Below, piece after piece: positions 50,269 to 60,932 of a DNA stretch of 63,171 nt. The translations under genes and the position numbers were made by a program. The notes beneath the pieces were generated by a model. That model made no database searches. It was not told the DNA's origin and saw only the letters and a list, made by a program, of their open reading frames with translations. Numbering within the stretch: position 1 is the first letter of the stretch; the number at the start of each line of letters is the position of its first letter. This stretch comes from Bacteroidota bacterium (lineage in GTDB: Bacteria > Bacteroidota > Bacteroidia > Cytophagales > Spirosomataceae): NCBI GenBank assembly GCA_040385875.1, contig JAZKGO010000001.1:1-63171 (forward strand), given 5' to 3'.

Positions 50269-51726
50269 ATGAAATCAACCCTAAAACTAATCTTTTTTAC
50301 ATTTCTTGCTCTAGTTGCCTATTTGCTTTTTAACACATTTCGGATTAGCTCAAAACAGATGTTGGGTGTATCGCCAGCTAAAAATATTGAGCTTTCGGAT
50401 TCTGCCGTACAGCATTTATCCGATGCAATAAAATTAAGAACGGTGTCATTTTCCGACCCAACTTTGATGGATAGCACTCAATTTGATAAGTTTTTACTCT
50501 TTTTGGAAAAGACCTATCCACTAGTTTATTCCAAATTAAGTTTGGAAAAAGTAAATAAATATGCCTTAGTTTTTGAATGGAAGGGCAAAAACACAAGCTT
50601 AAAACCTGTGCTTTTAATGGGCCATTACGACGTCGTACCTGTAATTCAAGGCACTGAAAAAATGTGGAAGCATATGCCATTTGCTGGCGAAATAGCCGAT
50701 GGATTTGTGTATGGAAGAGGTACATTAGACGACAAAGTAACTGTAATGGGTGCTTTAGAAGCGGTTGAATATCTTTTGCGACAAAATTATCAGCCAGAAA
50801 GAACGCATTATTTATCATTTGGGCACGACGAGGAAGTAACTGGTAGATACGGGGCCAAACTAGTTTCAGAATTGTTCGAAAAACGTAAAATGGAGTTTGA
50901 ATATGTGATGGATGAAGGCGGAAGTATTATGGTAAATGGTGTGAGTGGTATCAAAAAACCTGTTGCTCTCATTGGCGTAGCGGAAAAAGGTTATGCTACT
51001 CTTCAGCTATCGTCTTTGGGCGATGGTGGCCATTCTTCAATGCCGCCACCACAAACCAGTATCGGAATGCTGGCCGAGGCAATTGATCGTTTACAAAAGC
51101 ACCCCTTTCCAGCTCGTTTGGAAGGAGCAGCTGCTTATTTACAAGATTATTTAGCTCCCGAAATGCCATTTATCAACAAAATGGCTATGGCCAACAGAGC
51201 CATTATGAAGCCAATAATTATTAATTTATTAGAAAAAACGAATGCTGGAAATGCCATGGTCCGTACCTCTATTGCCCCGACCATTATCAATGCAGGAGTG
51301 AAAGACAACGTGCTTCCTGTGGAAGCTATTGCAAAAATAAATTTCCGAATATTGCCGGGCGATTCTGTGAAAACTGTAGTTAATTATGTGCGAAAAGTAA
51401 TTGATAATGATCGAGTTACGGTTGAATCAAATGAGCTTACAGATATTGAACCATCGCCCATTTCTGATACTGCATCCTCAGGCTTTAGGTTAATTCATAA
51501 AACAATAAAAAAGTGCTTTCCTGAAGTAATAGTTGCTCCATATTTAGTTTTGGGGGCAACAGATGCCCGATATTTTAGAAATGTAACTAAACACGCCTAT
51601 CGTTTCATGCCAGTGCACATGACGGAGGAAGATCTAAAACGGCCACACGGCACTAATGAGCGCATTAGTGTGGAAGATTTTAAAAATGTGGTAAAATTTT
51701 ATGTGGAGTTGATAAAGGGAGAGTAA
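50269..51726 (+). CDS. Membrane-anchored M20 family metallopeptidase (carboxypeptidase-S-like)
   Basis: 485 aa with an N-terminal TM segment. It carries LLMGHYDVVPV, GRGTLDDK and GHDEE. Confidence 0.8.
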   Translation: MKSTLKLIFFTFLALVAYLLFNTFRISSKQMLGVSPAKNIELSDSAVQHLSDAIKLRTVSFSDPTLMDSTQFDKFLLFLEKTYPLVYSKLSLEKVNKYALVFEWKGKNTSLKPVLLMGHYDVVPVIQGTEKMWKHMPFAGEIADGFVYGRGTLDDKVTVMGALEAVEYLLRQNYQPERTHYLSFGHDEEVTGRYGAKLVSELFEKRKMEFEYVMDEGGSIMVNGVSGIKKPVALIGVAEKGYATLQLSSLGDGGHSSMPPPQTSIGMLAEAIDRLQKHPFPARLEGAAAYLQDYLAPEMPFINKMAMANRAIMKPIIINLLEKTNAGNAMVRTSIAPTIINAGVKDNVLPVEAIAKINFRILPGDSVKTVVNYVRKVIDNDRVTVESNELTDIEPSPISDTASSGFRLIHKTIKKCFPEVIVAPYLVLGATDARYFRNVTKHAYRFMPVHMTEEDLKRPHGTNERISVEDFKNVVKFYVELIKGE

Positions 51727-51836
51727 GAGGAAGTTTATTGAAGTTTGTAAGTTTGAATGTTCAAAATAGTTGAAATTAAAGTTTTTTAGTTGGGTACTTC
51801 CTAACTTCCAAACCTACAAACTTTTTCGAACTTTCC
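51727..51836. repeat. Imperfect ~28-bp inverted repeat filling the convergent intergenic gap (probable bidirectional terminator)
   Basis: gaggaagtttattgaagtttgtaagtttg (51727-51755) pairs with caaacctacaaactttttcgaactttcc (51809-51836). The core aagtttgta(a/g)gtttg pairs with one mismatch. Confidence 0.45.
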
Positions 51837-51838
51837 AC

Positions 51839-52420
51839 CTAAAACAACCTCACTAAAACCTCATTTTTAATTCCATTCAATAGCTTCAAATCTGGCATTG
51901 CTTTCCCGATCATCCGCAAACCATATATCTGGCTGATTAAAAAATTAGCCGTTTCTTTCACGGAAATACTATGACTTAACTCGTTGTTCTTCAATCCTTT
52001 ATTTAGTATTTCAGTAAATATTTCTTGCAAAAAAACAATATTGGTCGAGATTAAGGCCTGCACTTCCTGATCATCAGGCAACATTTCTAAGGTGGCATTG
52101 GTGAGAAAGCACCCTTTCCCGTCAGGATCATCCGTCAGGCCCACAATTACATTATCAAATACCGCCTCAAAAAAAGGCTTGGTGGCCAAACCACGATTGA
52201 ATAATTGCAAAAGCTCGCTCACGTCCTGTTGGCGATACCGCTCTAGAGCCAATAAATATAAATTGTGCTTATCTATAAAAGCCCCGTATAAGCTTGCCCG
52301 ATTGATACCCATTGCGTCCACCAAATCTTGAATAGAGGCTTGATAATAACCCTTTCGCCAAAATAATAACATGGCTTTTTCTAGTACATCTTTTTCTTCA
52401 AATTCTTTTGGACGAGCCAT
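51839..52420 (-). CDS. TetR/AcrR family transcriptional regulator
   Basis: 193 aa with the N-terminal HTH block ...F..KGY...SI.DLVDAMGINRASLY.AF. Confidence 0.88.
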   Translation of the reverse strand: MARPKEFEEKDVLEKAMLLFWRKGYYQASIQDLVDAMGINRASLYGAFIDKHNLYLLALERYRQQDVSELLQLFNRGLATKPFFEAVFDNVIVGLTDDPDGKGCFLTNATLEMLPDDQEVQALISTNIVFLQEIFTEILNKGLKNNELSHSISVKETANFLISQIYGLRMIGKAMPDLKLLNGIKNEVLVRLF

Positions 52421-52618
52421 AGGTTAGGAAATTCTTTTTTTAGAACGATAGTTTTATTATTATTTTATGAAACAAAAACTAAGCCAAAAATTTTTCGATG
52501 CAAATTTTTATGTGTCCTTTTTTATCTGTAAACCTCAGAATATTCGTTAATCTTTAAAAAATAAAGCTTTTTAGTAACTAATCTATTATTTTTGTACCCA
52601 TAAATCGCCGATAAAATT

Positions 52619-53626
52619 TTGAAAATAAGCCCCATTCTTTTATTATTTGTTTCACTATTTACATTGATTGGTTGTCAACCGAAAAGTGAAATTGGAGAAA
52701 ATGCTTTAGAATCAATTCAAATTGAAACACCGATTATAAGACTAGATTCTCTACTTTTTAATGCCAAAAGCGAAAAGGAAGTATTGGATTTTTTGCAAAA
52801 AAATAAATCGATTTCAGAGCCATACTTTGAAGTGAATGCACAAAATTTTCCAGAATTAGCCAAGAAATTAAACAGTTTTATTCAAAATCCTGCCCTTTTT
52901 GAGTTTTACAAAAAAAGTATTAACCGCCCTTCAGGCATTCAAATTGATTCTTTACAAACCGCCATCAATCATGCCTTTAAAAATATCAAAGCGCTGTATC
53001 CAGATTTCATACCCCCTAAAATTCACACTATTTTCACAGGCTTTGCCGGAAAAGATATTTTTGTTTCAGATTCCAATATTGTAATAGGTCTTGATTTTTT
53101 CATTGGGAAAAAAGCAGAATATCGTCCACAAGTATATGATTATCAATTATTTAAATACCAACCAGAGTTGATTGTTCCTACTTTGATTAATCTGATGGCC
53201 GTAAAATACGCTAGGATTGAAGGGGGCGACAAATCGCTTTTGGCTGATATGCTTTTTTATGGTAAATGCTATCAGTTTACCAAAACGATGATTCCAAATG
53301 CGGCTGATAGTTTGATTATTGGTTATACTCAAAAACAATTAGACGATACCGAAGCCTCTCAAGAAATGGTTTGGGGGCACATAATCGACCAAAAACTTTT
53401 ATTTGAAAGTAGCCCTTTCAAAAAAGCAAAATATCTGGAAGAAAGACCTAATACACAGGAGATTAGCCAAGATTGCCCAGGCGCCATTGGCCGATGGCTA
53501 GGATGGAAAATTATTAAAAAATATGTTGAAAATAATCCCCAGCAGACTTTGAATAATTTGATGGACAATGGAAAAGCACAGGATATTTTTGAAAAATCGA
53601 AGTATAAGGGAAAAGCTCAACTATAA
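52619..53626 (+). CDS. gldB: Gliding-motility lipoprotein GldB
   Basis: 335 aa with a TTG start and lipobox LIGC. From memory, the C-terminal blocks IGYTQKQLD, PG.IG.W.GW.I...Y.ENN and IF.KSKYK resemble Flavobacterium GldB. Confidence 0.6.
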   Translation: MKISPILLLFVSLFTLIGCQPKSEIGENALESIQIETPIIRLDSLLFNAKSEKEVLDFLQKNKSISEPYFEVNAQNFPELAKKLNSFIQNPALFEFYKKSINRPSGIQIDSLQTAINHAFKNIKALYPDFIPPKIHTIFTGFAGKDIFVSDSNIVIGLDFFIGKKAEYRPQVYDYQLFKYQPELIVPTLINLMAVKYARIEGGDKSLLADMLFYGKCYQFTKTMIPNAADSLIIGYTQKQLDDTEASQEMVWGHIIDQKLLFESSPFKKAKYLEERPNTQEISQDCPGAIGRWLGWKIIKKYVENNPQQTLNNLMDNGKAQDIFEKSKYKGKAQL

Positions 53627-53719
53627 TTAAGTTTTGAAAATCAGAAATTGAAACCCTTAATTGGTCTGTTTTTGAACCTAGATTCATTTAGAACAGTTAT
53701 AGAAAAATAGTACAAAAAA

Positions 53720-55531
53720 ATGGCAGAGAAAAAAGAGAGTTTTTTAGGTGAAATAGCCGCAAAGAGCAAGCAAAGACTTACAAAAGAGGGGTTTAAAAAG
53801 CTTTACACCATATTTAAATACGCTTATCCCTATCGAATTAAATATTTTTTGGGCCTAATTGCATTGGCTTTCTCGATAGGTACTTCGTTACTTTTCCCCA
53901 AATTATTAGGCGAAATTCTAGCTGTTTTAGAAAAAAAATCGAATTACACCATCAATCAAGTAATTGTTGTTTTGGTGATTGTGCTCATTCTGCAATCTGT
54001 TTTTTCATTTGGGAGGGTTTATTTTTTCACTCAAGTGTCTGAGCGAACTATTGCCGATATCCGAAAATCACTTTATAGCAAAATCATTTCCTTACCTATC
54101 TTTTTTTTCGAGCAAAGGCGTGTAGGGGAGTTGATGAGTCGCATCACCTCTGACATTGGTATGCTTCAAGGATTAATCACCACTACGGTTGCTGAATTTA
54201 TCCGACAAATCATCACAATCGTAGTTGGGGTGGTTATTATCTCATTGATTTCGTGGAAACTTACGGTTTTCATGTTGGCCACTTTTCCTGTATTAATTGT
54301 GGTAGCCCTCCTTTTTGGTCGGTATATTCGCAAACTTTCTTCAGAAGCACAAAAGGAATTGGCAGCCGCCAATGTAATTGTGGAAGAAACGTTCCAGTCA
54401 ATCAATGTCGTGAAATCTTATACCAATGAAAAACTAGAGATTAACAGATATGGCACCTCTCTTAATAAAGTGGTTAATATCGCCATGAAAACCGCCAAGC
54501 TTCGTGGGGGTTTTATATCCTTTATCATTTTTGCACTTTTTGGAAGCATAATTGGCATTGTTTGGTATGCTGGTAAACTCGTGATTGCCAACGAGTTAGA
54601 GATAAATGAAATGATTACTTTTGTGTTTTATACTATGTTTATTGGTGGCTCATTAAATGGCCTCGGCGAAATGATTGCTTCAGTGCAAGTGGCTATCGGG
54701 GCCTCCGACAGGGTGTTGGATATATTTGATGAAACTCCAGAGGTAAAAATTAATAAAGAAGACCACAAAGCCCATAAAATATATGGTGAGGTTGAGTTCA
54801 AAAATGTAGGCTTTAATTATCCCTCAAGAGTAGATTTAGAGGTATTGAATGATATCAATTTTAAAATAAAATCTGGTGAAAAAATTGCGCTTGTGGGCTA
54901 TTCAGGAGCCGGAAAATCAACCATCGTACAACTTTTGTTGAGGTTTTATGATGCACTTAAAGGAGAGATATTGGTGGATGGCAAAAATATCAAAGAATTT
55001 AATATTTCAGACTTAAGAGACAATATGGCCGTTGTGCCACAAGAAGTGATGCTTTTTGGAGGTACTATTTTCGAAAATATTGCCTATGGAAAACCAGATG
55101 CAAGCCAAAAAGAAATTGAGGAGGCTGCCCAAAAAGCAAATGCCATGGAGTTTATTAACACCTTCCCTGAAAAACTAGAAACCATTGTAGGTGAACGGGG
55201 TATCAAACTTTCGGGTGGCCAAAGGCAACGGATAGCCATTGCAAGAGCAATCCTGAAAGACCCAGCCATACTACTTTTGGATGAGGCTACTAGCGCATTG
55301 GACTCGGAATCAGAAAAATTGGTACAGGAAGCTTTGGAGCGGCTAATGCAAGGGCGTACTTCTATTATTATCGCCCATAGGCTTTCTACTATTCGTGCAG
55401 TCGACAACATTTATGTGATTAAGGAAGGTAGAATTCATGAGTCGGGCACACATGAGGAGCTTTTGCTGCATAACGACGGAATTTATGCCAATCTGGTAAA
55501 AATGCAATTTGAAGCCATGCAGGAAAACTAA
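53720..55531 (+). CDS. ABC exporter, fused permease/ATPase (MsbA-like type I exporter)
   Basis: 603 aa with 6 TM segments and an NBD. Walker A GYSGAGKST, signature LSGGQRQR, Walker B ILLLDEATSALD. Confidence 0.9.
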   Translation: MAEKKESFLGEIAAKSKQRLTKEGFKKLYTIFKYAYPYRIKYFLGLIALAFSIGTSLLFPKLLGEILAVLEKKSNYTINQVIVVLVIVLILQSVFSFGRVYFFTQVSERTIADIRKSLYSKIISLPIFFFEQRRVGELMSRITSDIGMLQGLITTTVAEFIRQIITIVVGVVIISLISWKLTVFMLATFPVLIVVALLFGRYIRKLSSEAQKELAAANVIVEETFQSINVVKSYTNEKLEINRYGTSLNKVVNIAMKTAKLRGGFISFIIFALFGSIIGIVWYAGKLVIANELEINEMITFVFYTMFIGGSLNGLGEMIASVQVAIGASDRVLDIFDETPEVKINKEDHKAHKIYGEVEFKNVGFNYPSRVDLEVLNDINFKIKSGEKIALVGYSGAGKSTIVQLLLRFYDALKGEILVDGKNIKEFNISDLRDNMAVVPQEVMLFGGTIFENIAYGKPDASQKEIEEAAQKANAMEFINTFPEKLETIVGERGIKLSGGQRQRIAIARAILKDPAILLLDEATSALDSESEKLVQEALERLMQGRTSIIIAHRLSTIRAVDNIYVIKEGRIHESGTHEELLLHNDGIYANLVKMQFEAMQEN

Positions 55532-55577
55532 TCAAAATTTTAGTAAATTTGCTTTCGATTTAGAAAAAATTATCCAA

Positions 55578-56000
55578 ATGTCAGACATATTCACAAGCTT
55601 AAAGGTTTCTAATTTGCGCCATACCGACGCCAGAGAAGCCGTATTGTCTGAGTTTATGAGTGGCCAGTATGCACTAGCTCATGCTGATATTGAAAATAAA
55701 CTAGCTGATAAATTCGATCGGGTCACTATCTACCGAACCCTTAAAACATTTGTAGATAAGGGCTTGATTCATAAAGTATTAGATGATGTAGGAGGCATGA
55801 AATATGCCATTTGTAAAGCCGAATGTAATACCGCCACCCATCACCATCATCATGATCATGTACATTTCAAATGCACCAATTGTGGCCAAACTACTTGTCT
55901 AGAAAAAGTGACAATTCCTGCGATTGTACTCCCTTTAGGTTACCAAAAGCAAGAAATGAACTTGCTCGTTCAGGGTGTATGCCTGAACTGCAATAATTGA
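55578..56000 (+). CDS. Fur-family metalloregulator (Fur/Zur/PerR type) with His-rich insert
   Basis: The ATG at 55578 gives MSDIFTSLK.... The wHTH block is R.T..R..VL..F. It carries TIYRTLKTF...GLIHKV and two CxxC pairs (CTNC, CLNC), plus the run THHHHHDHVH. Confidence 0.8.
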   Translation: MSDIFTSLKVSNLRHTDAREAVLSEFMSGQYALAHADIENKLADKFDRVTIYRTLKTFVDKGLIHKVLDDVGGMKYAICKAECNTATHHHHHDHVHFKCTNCGQTTCLEKVTIPAIVLPLGYQKQEMNLLVQGVCLNCNN

Positions 56001-56016
56001 AAATCCACTTTTTCCT

Positions 56017-57303
56017 TCAATAAACATTTCTCCCAATTGGTTGCCCAAAACTGATTCCAATTGAAACATTATCTTTCAATGTGCGACCCGAATTCAGACT
56101 ATTGGTCATATCAAAATAATGGATTTGGATTTCGAAATTTGTGAGAGGAGCACTTTGCTTATCAATCAAAACTACAGGTATGCCGATTGTTCCATTTAAG
56201 GCCTTGAAGTTCCCAAAATTTTGCTCAACTGTTGCCGAAATTCCAAAATGATTTTCTGGAGGAAAGTATACGAATTGAGCCTTTAAATTAGGAGTGATAA
56301 AGTTTTCATAATTCCCAATACTAAACCTATTCAATTGTTTATCAGTCAGATACGAAATATTTTTGCCCCCCAAGCTTCTATAGGTTTCAAGGTTAGTTTC
56401 TCTTAACTTTTTTGAATTAATTGAATTATTAGCGAATAGGCCCGCTCTAAAATTAAGGTATATTTTAGTGGCATTATGGGTTTCAATAAAACGTGTATGG
56501 CTAATTGAAAGCTCTGCTGGGTAGGATTTTCTAATGTTAAAATTATTTTCAAAATTATCTGCAACCGTAAATCGCTGGCGAATCACAGGAATATAAACAT
56601 TAAAGTTGGTCCAGTGCATGGCAATTTTCTTAAATCTCATGGTTTCGAAAAGCTCACGGTATTCTCGTTCAGCAAGTTCTCGGGAATATTCCTCGCCTAT
56701 TTTTTTGTAAAAATTACTTTTCAGCTCTTCTCTCAATGGATCTGATAGATTTTGAATATTGGCTAAACTTTGTTCAAAGTCAGAACTTTGTTCTTGAATT
56801 TCTTTTTGCAAAGCGACTAAAATTGTTGCTCTCCGAGCGTCAGAGGCCCATTTTTCATTACAATTATGTAAGGTAATTTGAGGTTTTGAAAGCCAAAAAT
56901 GCTTATAGGTAAAACCAAGCTCATTATTAAAAGCCGATTGGTTAGTAGCCGAATGAAAAGCATTCAACGCATTGGCTTTCAGGCCGATTACATGATAAGA
57001 CCTCACCGGCAAATCAGCGCCTGTTGGCTCAAATAAGCTATGGCTCATGCTAAAGAGGCCATTGGCGGTATTAAATGTTAAATTATTCTTGCAAAAAGTC
57101 AGGTTTTCATGATCCGATAAATAATATCCCACCCTATCAGCCATAAAAAGATTCATGCCTCTATTACTAAGCAATTGACCTTCGGCGCATTCTGATTTTT
57201 TTATTGTTAAATCAATTTCCTTCAAGACGCTTATTAATGAATCGGCCGACTGCCCTATTGATAAGAATGGACTTAAGCAAAAAAGTAGTACAATTAATCT
57301 CAT
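56017..57303 (-). CDS. Hypothetical secreted/outer-membrane protein
   Basis: 428 aa with signal peptide ...SIGQ. It is beta-rich with a central charged helical segment (res ~165-215) and ends in an aromatic-terminal beta-hairpin-like tail (...GISFGQPIGRNVY). No family recognised. Confidence 0.6.
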   Translation of the reverse strand: MRLIVLLFCLSPFLSIGQSADSLISVLKEIDLTIKKSECAEGQLLSNRGMNLFMADRVGYYLSDHENLTFCKNNLTFNTANGLFSMSHSLFEPTGADLPVRSYHVIGLKANALNAFHSATNQSAFNNELGFTYKHFWLSKPQITLHNCNEKWASDARRATILVALQKEIQEQSSDFEQSLANIQNLSDPLREELKSNFYKKIGEEYSRELAEREYRELFETMRFKKIAMHWTNFNVYIPVIRQRFTVADNFENNFNIRKSYPAELSISHTRFIETHNATKIYLNFRAGLFANNSINSKKLRETNLETYRSLGGKNISYLTDKQLNRFSIGNYENFITPNLKAQFVYFPPENHFGISATVEQNFGNFKALNGTIGIPVVLIDKQSAPLTNFEIQIHYFDMTNSLNSGRTLKDNVSIGISFGQPIGRNVY

Positions 57304-57324
57304 ATTTGGGCTATAATTATCACT

Positions 57325-57846
57325 TTATTCAATAATTTCAATCACTCTTACTTTCATATTAGGTCGCTCTCCTTCTGGCAATATCACTGTAAAGTGATTG
57401 GTAATTGTCTCCCCATTCTTCAAGATATTGCCCACTTTTACCATTACATTATGCCTAAAATCTTTGCCATCTGCACCCCTAGTGGTATAAGTATAGGGCG
57501 TGTTAAATTCCCTCGCTTTCACCTTCGCCGACTTCGAGGTTAAGCGCTTCCCCGTGGCATTTAAACAGTCAAAATCGGCCATAACATCCTGATAATCAAT
57601 GCCAAAAAGTTTTTGATTTGGAAACATCACCTTTGTACAACCGCTTTTATTGGTCACAAAAGCCCTCAATTCGAATCGGTTAAATTCTTCATTTTTTATT
57701 CCCTTCTTACTTTCATTTCTGATCTCGTACCCATATTCGATACCATTTAAAAGATAGGGCTGGCCTTCCTCTAATGCATAGGAGGATTGACCATAGCAAA
57801 ATTGCGACGCTAATAAGCTGATAAATAGAGTTTTGAGGCTTTTCAT
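57325..57846 (-). CDS. Hypothetical secreted protein
   Basis: 173 aa with signal peptide ...FCYGQ and no recognisable motif. It lies 21 nt upstream of the 428-aa gene on the same strand. Confidence 0.6.
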   Translation of the reverse strand: MKSLKTLFISLLASQFCYGQSSYALEEGQPYLLNGIEYGYEIRNESKKGIKNEEFNRFELRAFVTNKSGCTKVMFPNQKLFGIDYQDVMADFDCLNATGKRLTSKSAKVKAREFNTPYTYTTRGADGKDFRHNVMVKVGNILKNGETITNHFTVILPEGERPNMKVRVIEIIE

Positions 57847-57976
57847 GGTTTATGTTTTTAATTTTTCCAAAGATAACCTTTTTATGAAAAATCAAAAATA
57901 CCACTAGATAGATTTCAATAATGTTATCTGAGAAAAGTGGAGAAAGTAAGGTTTGCTTATTTAATCTGACTCTGTG

Positions 57977-58423
57977 TTATTTCAAAAGCCAATCTGAAAT
58001 AAAAACCAATTTATAGATTGCCCAACTCACCACATAACCCCAGAATAAAGAGGAGACTAACATATATCCTACCATTTTGAATACATTGACCTTAAATGAA
58101 AGGGCCATTAAGGTGCCACCAATAGGAGTAAAAAGCGGAGGGGTAAGCAGCGCAATTCCAAAAAGACCCAATTTTTGCCAAATTTTAACTTTAAATCTTG
58201 CACTTCTTGTGAAAATTATTTTTTTGGTTTTGGCTCTTTTATCTAAATAATTAGTGATTCCTTTTGCAAAAATTGTGGTGATAATCACGGCCGTCATCAT
58301 TCCTCCAGCTGATAAGAAAATCGTTTTTTGAATAGGTATACCAGTTAAAAATCCAGCAATAGGGCCTCCGAAAAATTTAATCATGCTGGCTAGCATTACT
58401 GAAATGTATTTTGCAATTTCCAA
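57977..58423 (-). CDS. Small 4-TM membrane protein (small multidrug-export-like family)
   Basis: 148 aa with a TTG start or an internal ATG. It has four hydrophobic spans with a basic loop (KRAKTKKIIFTRSARFKVK). Confidence 0.5.
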   Translation of the reverse strand: MEIAKYISVMLASMIKFFGGPIAGFLTGIPIQKTIFLSAGGMMTAVIITTIFAKGITNYLDKRAKTKKIIFTRSARFKVKIWQKLGLFGIALLTPPLFTPIGGTLMALSFKVNVFKMVGYMLVSSLFWGYVVSWAIYKLVFISDWLLK

Positions 58424-58591
58424 TTGTGTGCTTCTAAATTTTTAAATTAATTTTTCCCCCTAGTTCAACGAATATTTCAAAATTCTTTATAAAACAACTT
58501 AATGAATCAGAATTCAAATTATGTTCTTTAATTCTGCTATTTTTGTATAGAATTTGCCATTCAATGTGCTCATTCAATTTAAAAACTGTTT

Positions 58592-60262
58592 ATGCCAAAA
58601 TTTAGTTTACTGTTTCTTGTTTTTTTTTTAATTCAATTTACAAAACATTCTTTGGCCCAATCAGCATTTTTACCTTTGAATGCCGATAGCTATCATACTC
58701 TAGACCGTTTTGAGATTTTATCCGGAAGACTATTTCCAACCATTTTTACCGGAATAAAACCTTATACCCGAAAATCAATTGCCGAAATAATCGAAAAAAT
58801 TGACACCACTTTCGATAAAAAACAACTTTCAAAACGAGATTTATTCAATATCCAACACCTTAAAAATGATAATTGGGAATGGTTGAAATCAGATACAACA
58901 AGGTCAACCTTTAGTAAAAAGAAACTTTTCAATGTTTTTTTTAATAGAAAAGCGGACTTGTATAGTGTTGATAATGAGGATATTAATCTTCATATTAGTC
59001 CCATATTTCAATTTTCTTTTGGAAAAGAAGGCGATTTAACCAGTTGGCAAAATACCCGAGGAATCGAAATCAGAGGTTCTATTTCTAAAAAAATTGGTTT
59101 TTATACGATGTTTACCGAAAATCAAATTGTACTTCCCTCTTATATCCAAGAATACCAGATTAAAAACCGAGTGATCCCAGGAGAAGGTCATTGGAAACCT
59201 TTTGGGGCCAAAGGCATCGACTACATCTCTGCCCGAGGTTATATTACTTTTAGCCCTGTTAAGCCATTGATGCTCACCTTCGGGCACGATAAAACCTTTG
59301 TGGGTTCTGGACTTCGATCTACAATTTTATCTGACTTTTCGGCTCCTACCCTGTTTTTGAAAGTAAACACTCAAATTGGCAGAGTTCAATACCAAAATCA
59401 ATTTACCCAACTCTCTGATTATCAAAACTATATTGGAAAAAACACCATTATTCCCCGAAAATATATGGTTTCGCATAATTTAGGTATCAATATCGGCAAA
59501 AATTTTAATTTGGGCCTGTTTGAAACTGTGATATTAAATCGAGAAAAAACCATAGACTTTAATTATGTAAACCCAATCATTTTTTATCGATTTGTGGAGT
59601 CTTATGTGGGGAGCCCTGACAATACGATGGTGGGTATTAATTTTAAATATATCTCAAAAAAGAAAGTTTCGATCTATGGTCAATTTCTATTTGATGAACT
59701 AGTAGTCAAAAACTTAATCAAAAATTCAGGTTCGTTTACCAATAAATGGGCTTACCAATTTGGAGCAAAGGCCATCAATTTATTCGGTATTAAAAATCTT
59801 GATCTTCAGACTGAAATCAATGCCGCACGACCCTACACTTATGCGCATTTTAGTACTTCTTCCAATTTTTCTAATTACAATCAAGCTCTTGCTCATCCTT
59901 TAGGAGCCAATTTTACTGAGTCGGCAACTGTTTTGCGATACCAAGTAACCAACAAACTCCTTTTTGTAGGTACTTATATCAATAGTTATTTTGGTATGGA
60001 TCGGCCTGAACAAAATTGGGGGGGCAATATCCTGCTCAACTACGACACCCGTGTGAGAGACGAAGACAATTATATCGGTCAAGGGCTTCAGTCGACATTA
60101 AATTTTATGGAGCTTCGCCTAAGCCATATGATTATTCACAATATGTACGCCGATGGAAGTCTGATTTTAAGAACAGTAAAAAGTAATAAAGAAAACATAC
60201 AATCGACGATTCCTACTGTGGGAATTCGTTGGAATATTCCCTATAAACAAACCGCATTCTGA
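58592..60262 (+). CDS. Outer-membrane beta-barrel protein, possibly Wzi-like capsule-assembly family
   Basis: 556 aa with a signal peptide. It has an N-terminal [18 protein letters not shown] helix-type motif, then alternating beta-strand sequence ending in an aromatic residue (...YKQTAF). The family assignment is tentative. Confidence 0.45.
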   Translation: MPKFSLLFLVFFLIQFTKHSLAQSAFLPLNADSYHTLDRFEILSGRLFPTIFTGIKPYTRKSIAEIIEKIDTTFDKKQLSKRDLFNIQHLKNDNWEWLKSDTTRSTFSKKKLFNVFFNRKADLYSVDNEDINLHISPIFQFSFGKEGDLTSWQNTRGIEIRGSISKKIGFYTMFTENQIVLPSYIQEYQIKNRVIPGEGHWKPFGAKGIDYISARGYITFSPVKPLMLTFGHDKTFVGSGLRSTILSDFSAPTLFLKVNTQIGRVQYQNQFTQLSDYQNYIGKNTIIPRKYMVSHNLGINIGKNFNLGLFETVILNREKTIDFNYVNPIIFYRFVESYVGSPDNTMVGINFKYISKKKVSIYGQFLFDELVVKNLIKNSGSFTNKWAYQFGAKAINLFGIKNLDLQTEINAARPYTYAHFSTSSNFSNYNQALAHPLGANFTESATVLRYQVTNKLLFVGTYINSYFGMDRPEQNWGGNILLNYDTRVRDEDNYIGQGLQSTLNFMELRLSHMIIHNMYADGSLILRTVKSNKENIQSTIPTVGIRWNIPYKQTAF

Positions 60263-60843
60263 TGGAAATGATAGACATTATTGCTGGAGAATTTTCGGAA
60301 GCCCAAACTGTTTTAAACAATTTTATAACCGATAAGAATAATTATGAAACGATAGCAAGGGCCGCAAAACTGATGAGTGATTCATTGAAAAATGGCTCGA
60401 AGATCATTTCATGTGGCAATGGTGGCTCGCATTGCGATGCCATGCATTTTGCAGAAGAGCTTTCAGGGCGATACCGTGGCGATCGAAAATCACTGGCTGC
60501 CATAGCCATTTCGGATGTGAGCCATATCAGCTGCGTGGGCAACGATTACGGTTTTGATTTTGTGTTCTCAAGATTTGTGGAAGGCCTTGGTAATCAAGGA
60601 GATGTATTGCTGGCCATTAGTACTTCGGGCAATTCTCAAAACATTATTAATGCGGTAGAAGCCGCCCATTCTAAAGGATTAAAGGTGGTTTTATTAACTG
60701 GTAAAGATGGAGGTAAATTACTCGGAAAAGCAGATATTGAAATAATCGTTCCTCATTTTGGCTTTGCCGATCGTATTCAAGAAATCCATATCAAGGTAAT
60801 CCACTGCTTAATCCTTTTGATTGAAAAACAGCTGGGTCTTTAA
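60262..60843 (+). CDS. gmhA: D-sedoheptulose-7-phosphate isomerase (SIS domain)
   Basis: 193 aa with GNGGS..DA.HFAEEL and STSGNS. The start overlaps the previous stop (TGATG). Confidence 0.88.
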   Translation: MEMIDIIAGEFSEAQTVLNNFITDKNNYETIARAAKLMSDSLKNGSKIISCGNGGSHCDAMHFAEELSGRYRGDRKSLAAIAISDVSHISCVGNDYGFDFVFSRFVEGLGNQGDVLLAISTSGNSQNIINAVEAAHSKGLKVVLLTGKDGGKLLGKADIEIIVPHFGFADRIQEIHIKVIHCLILLIEKQLGL

Positions 60844-60932
60844 CAATAATTCCCATTCGAATCTCTTCCCAAATCTATACAATTTATATTTTTTAAGAAC
60901 GTTCAGTTTTTAATTGGTTTTTCTATTAACAA

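Noticed and set aside
57913-57930. Fur/Zur box upstream of the 173-aa gene.
   Set aside because: It shows only partial hexamer similarity (GATAAC-ATTATT-GAAATC) in an AT-rich region where such matches arise by chance. I mention it as a weak lead in a finding but do not annotate it as a site.
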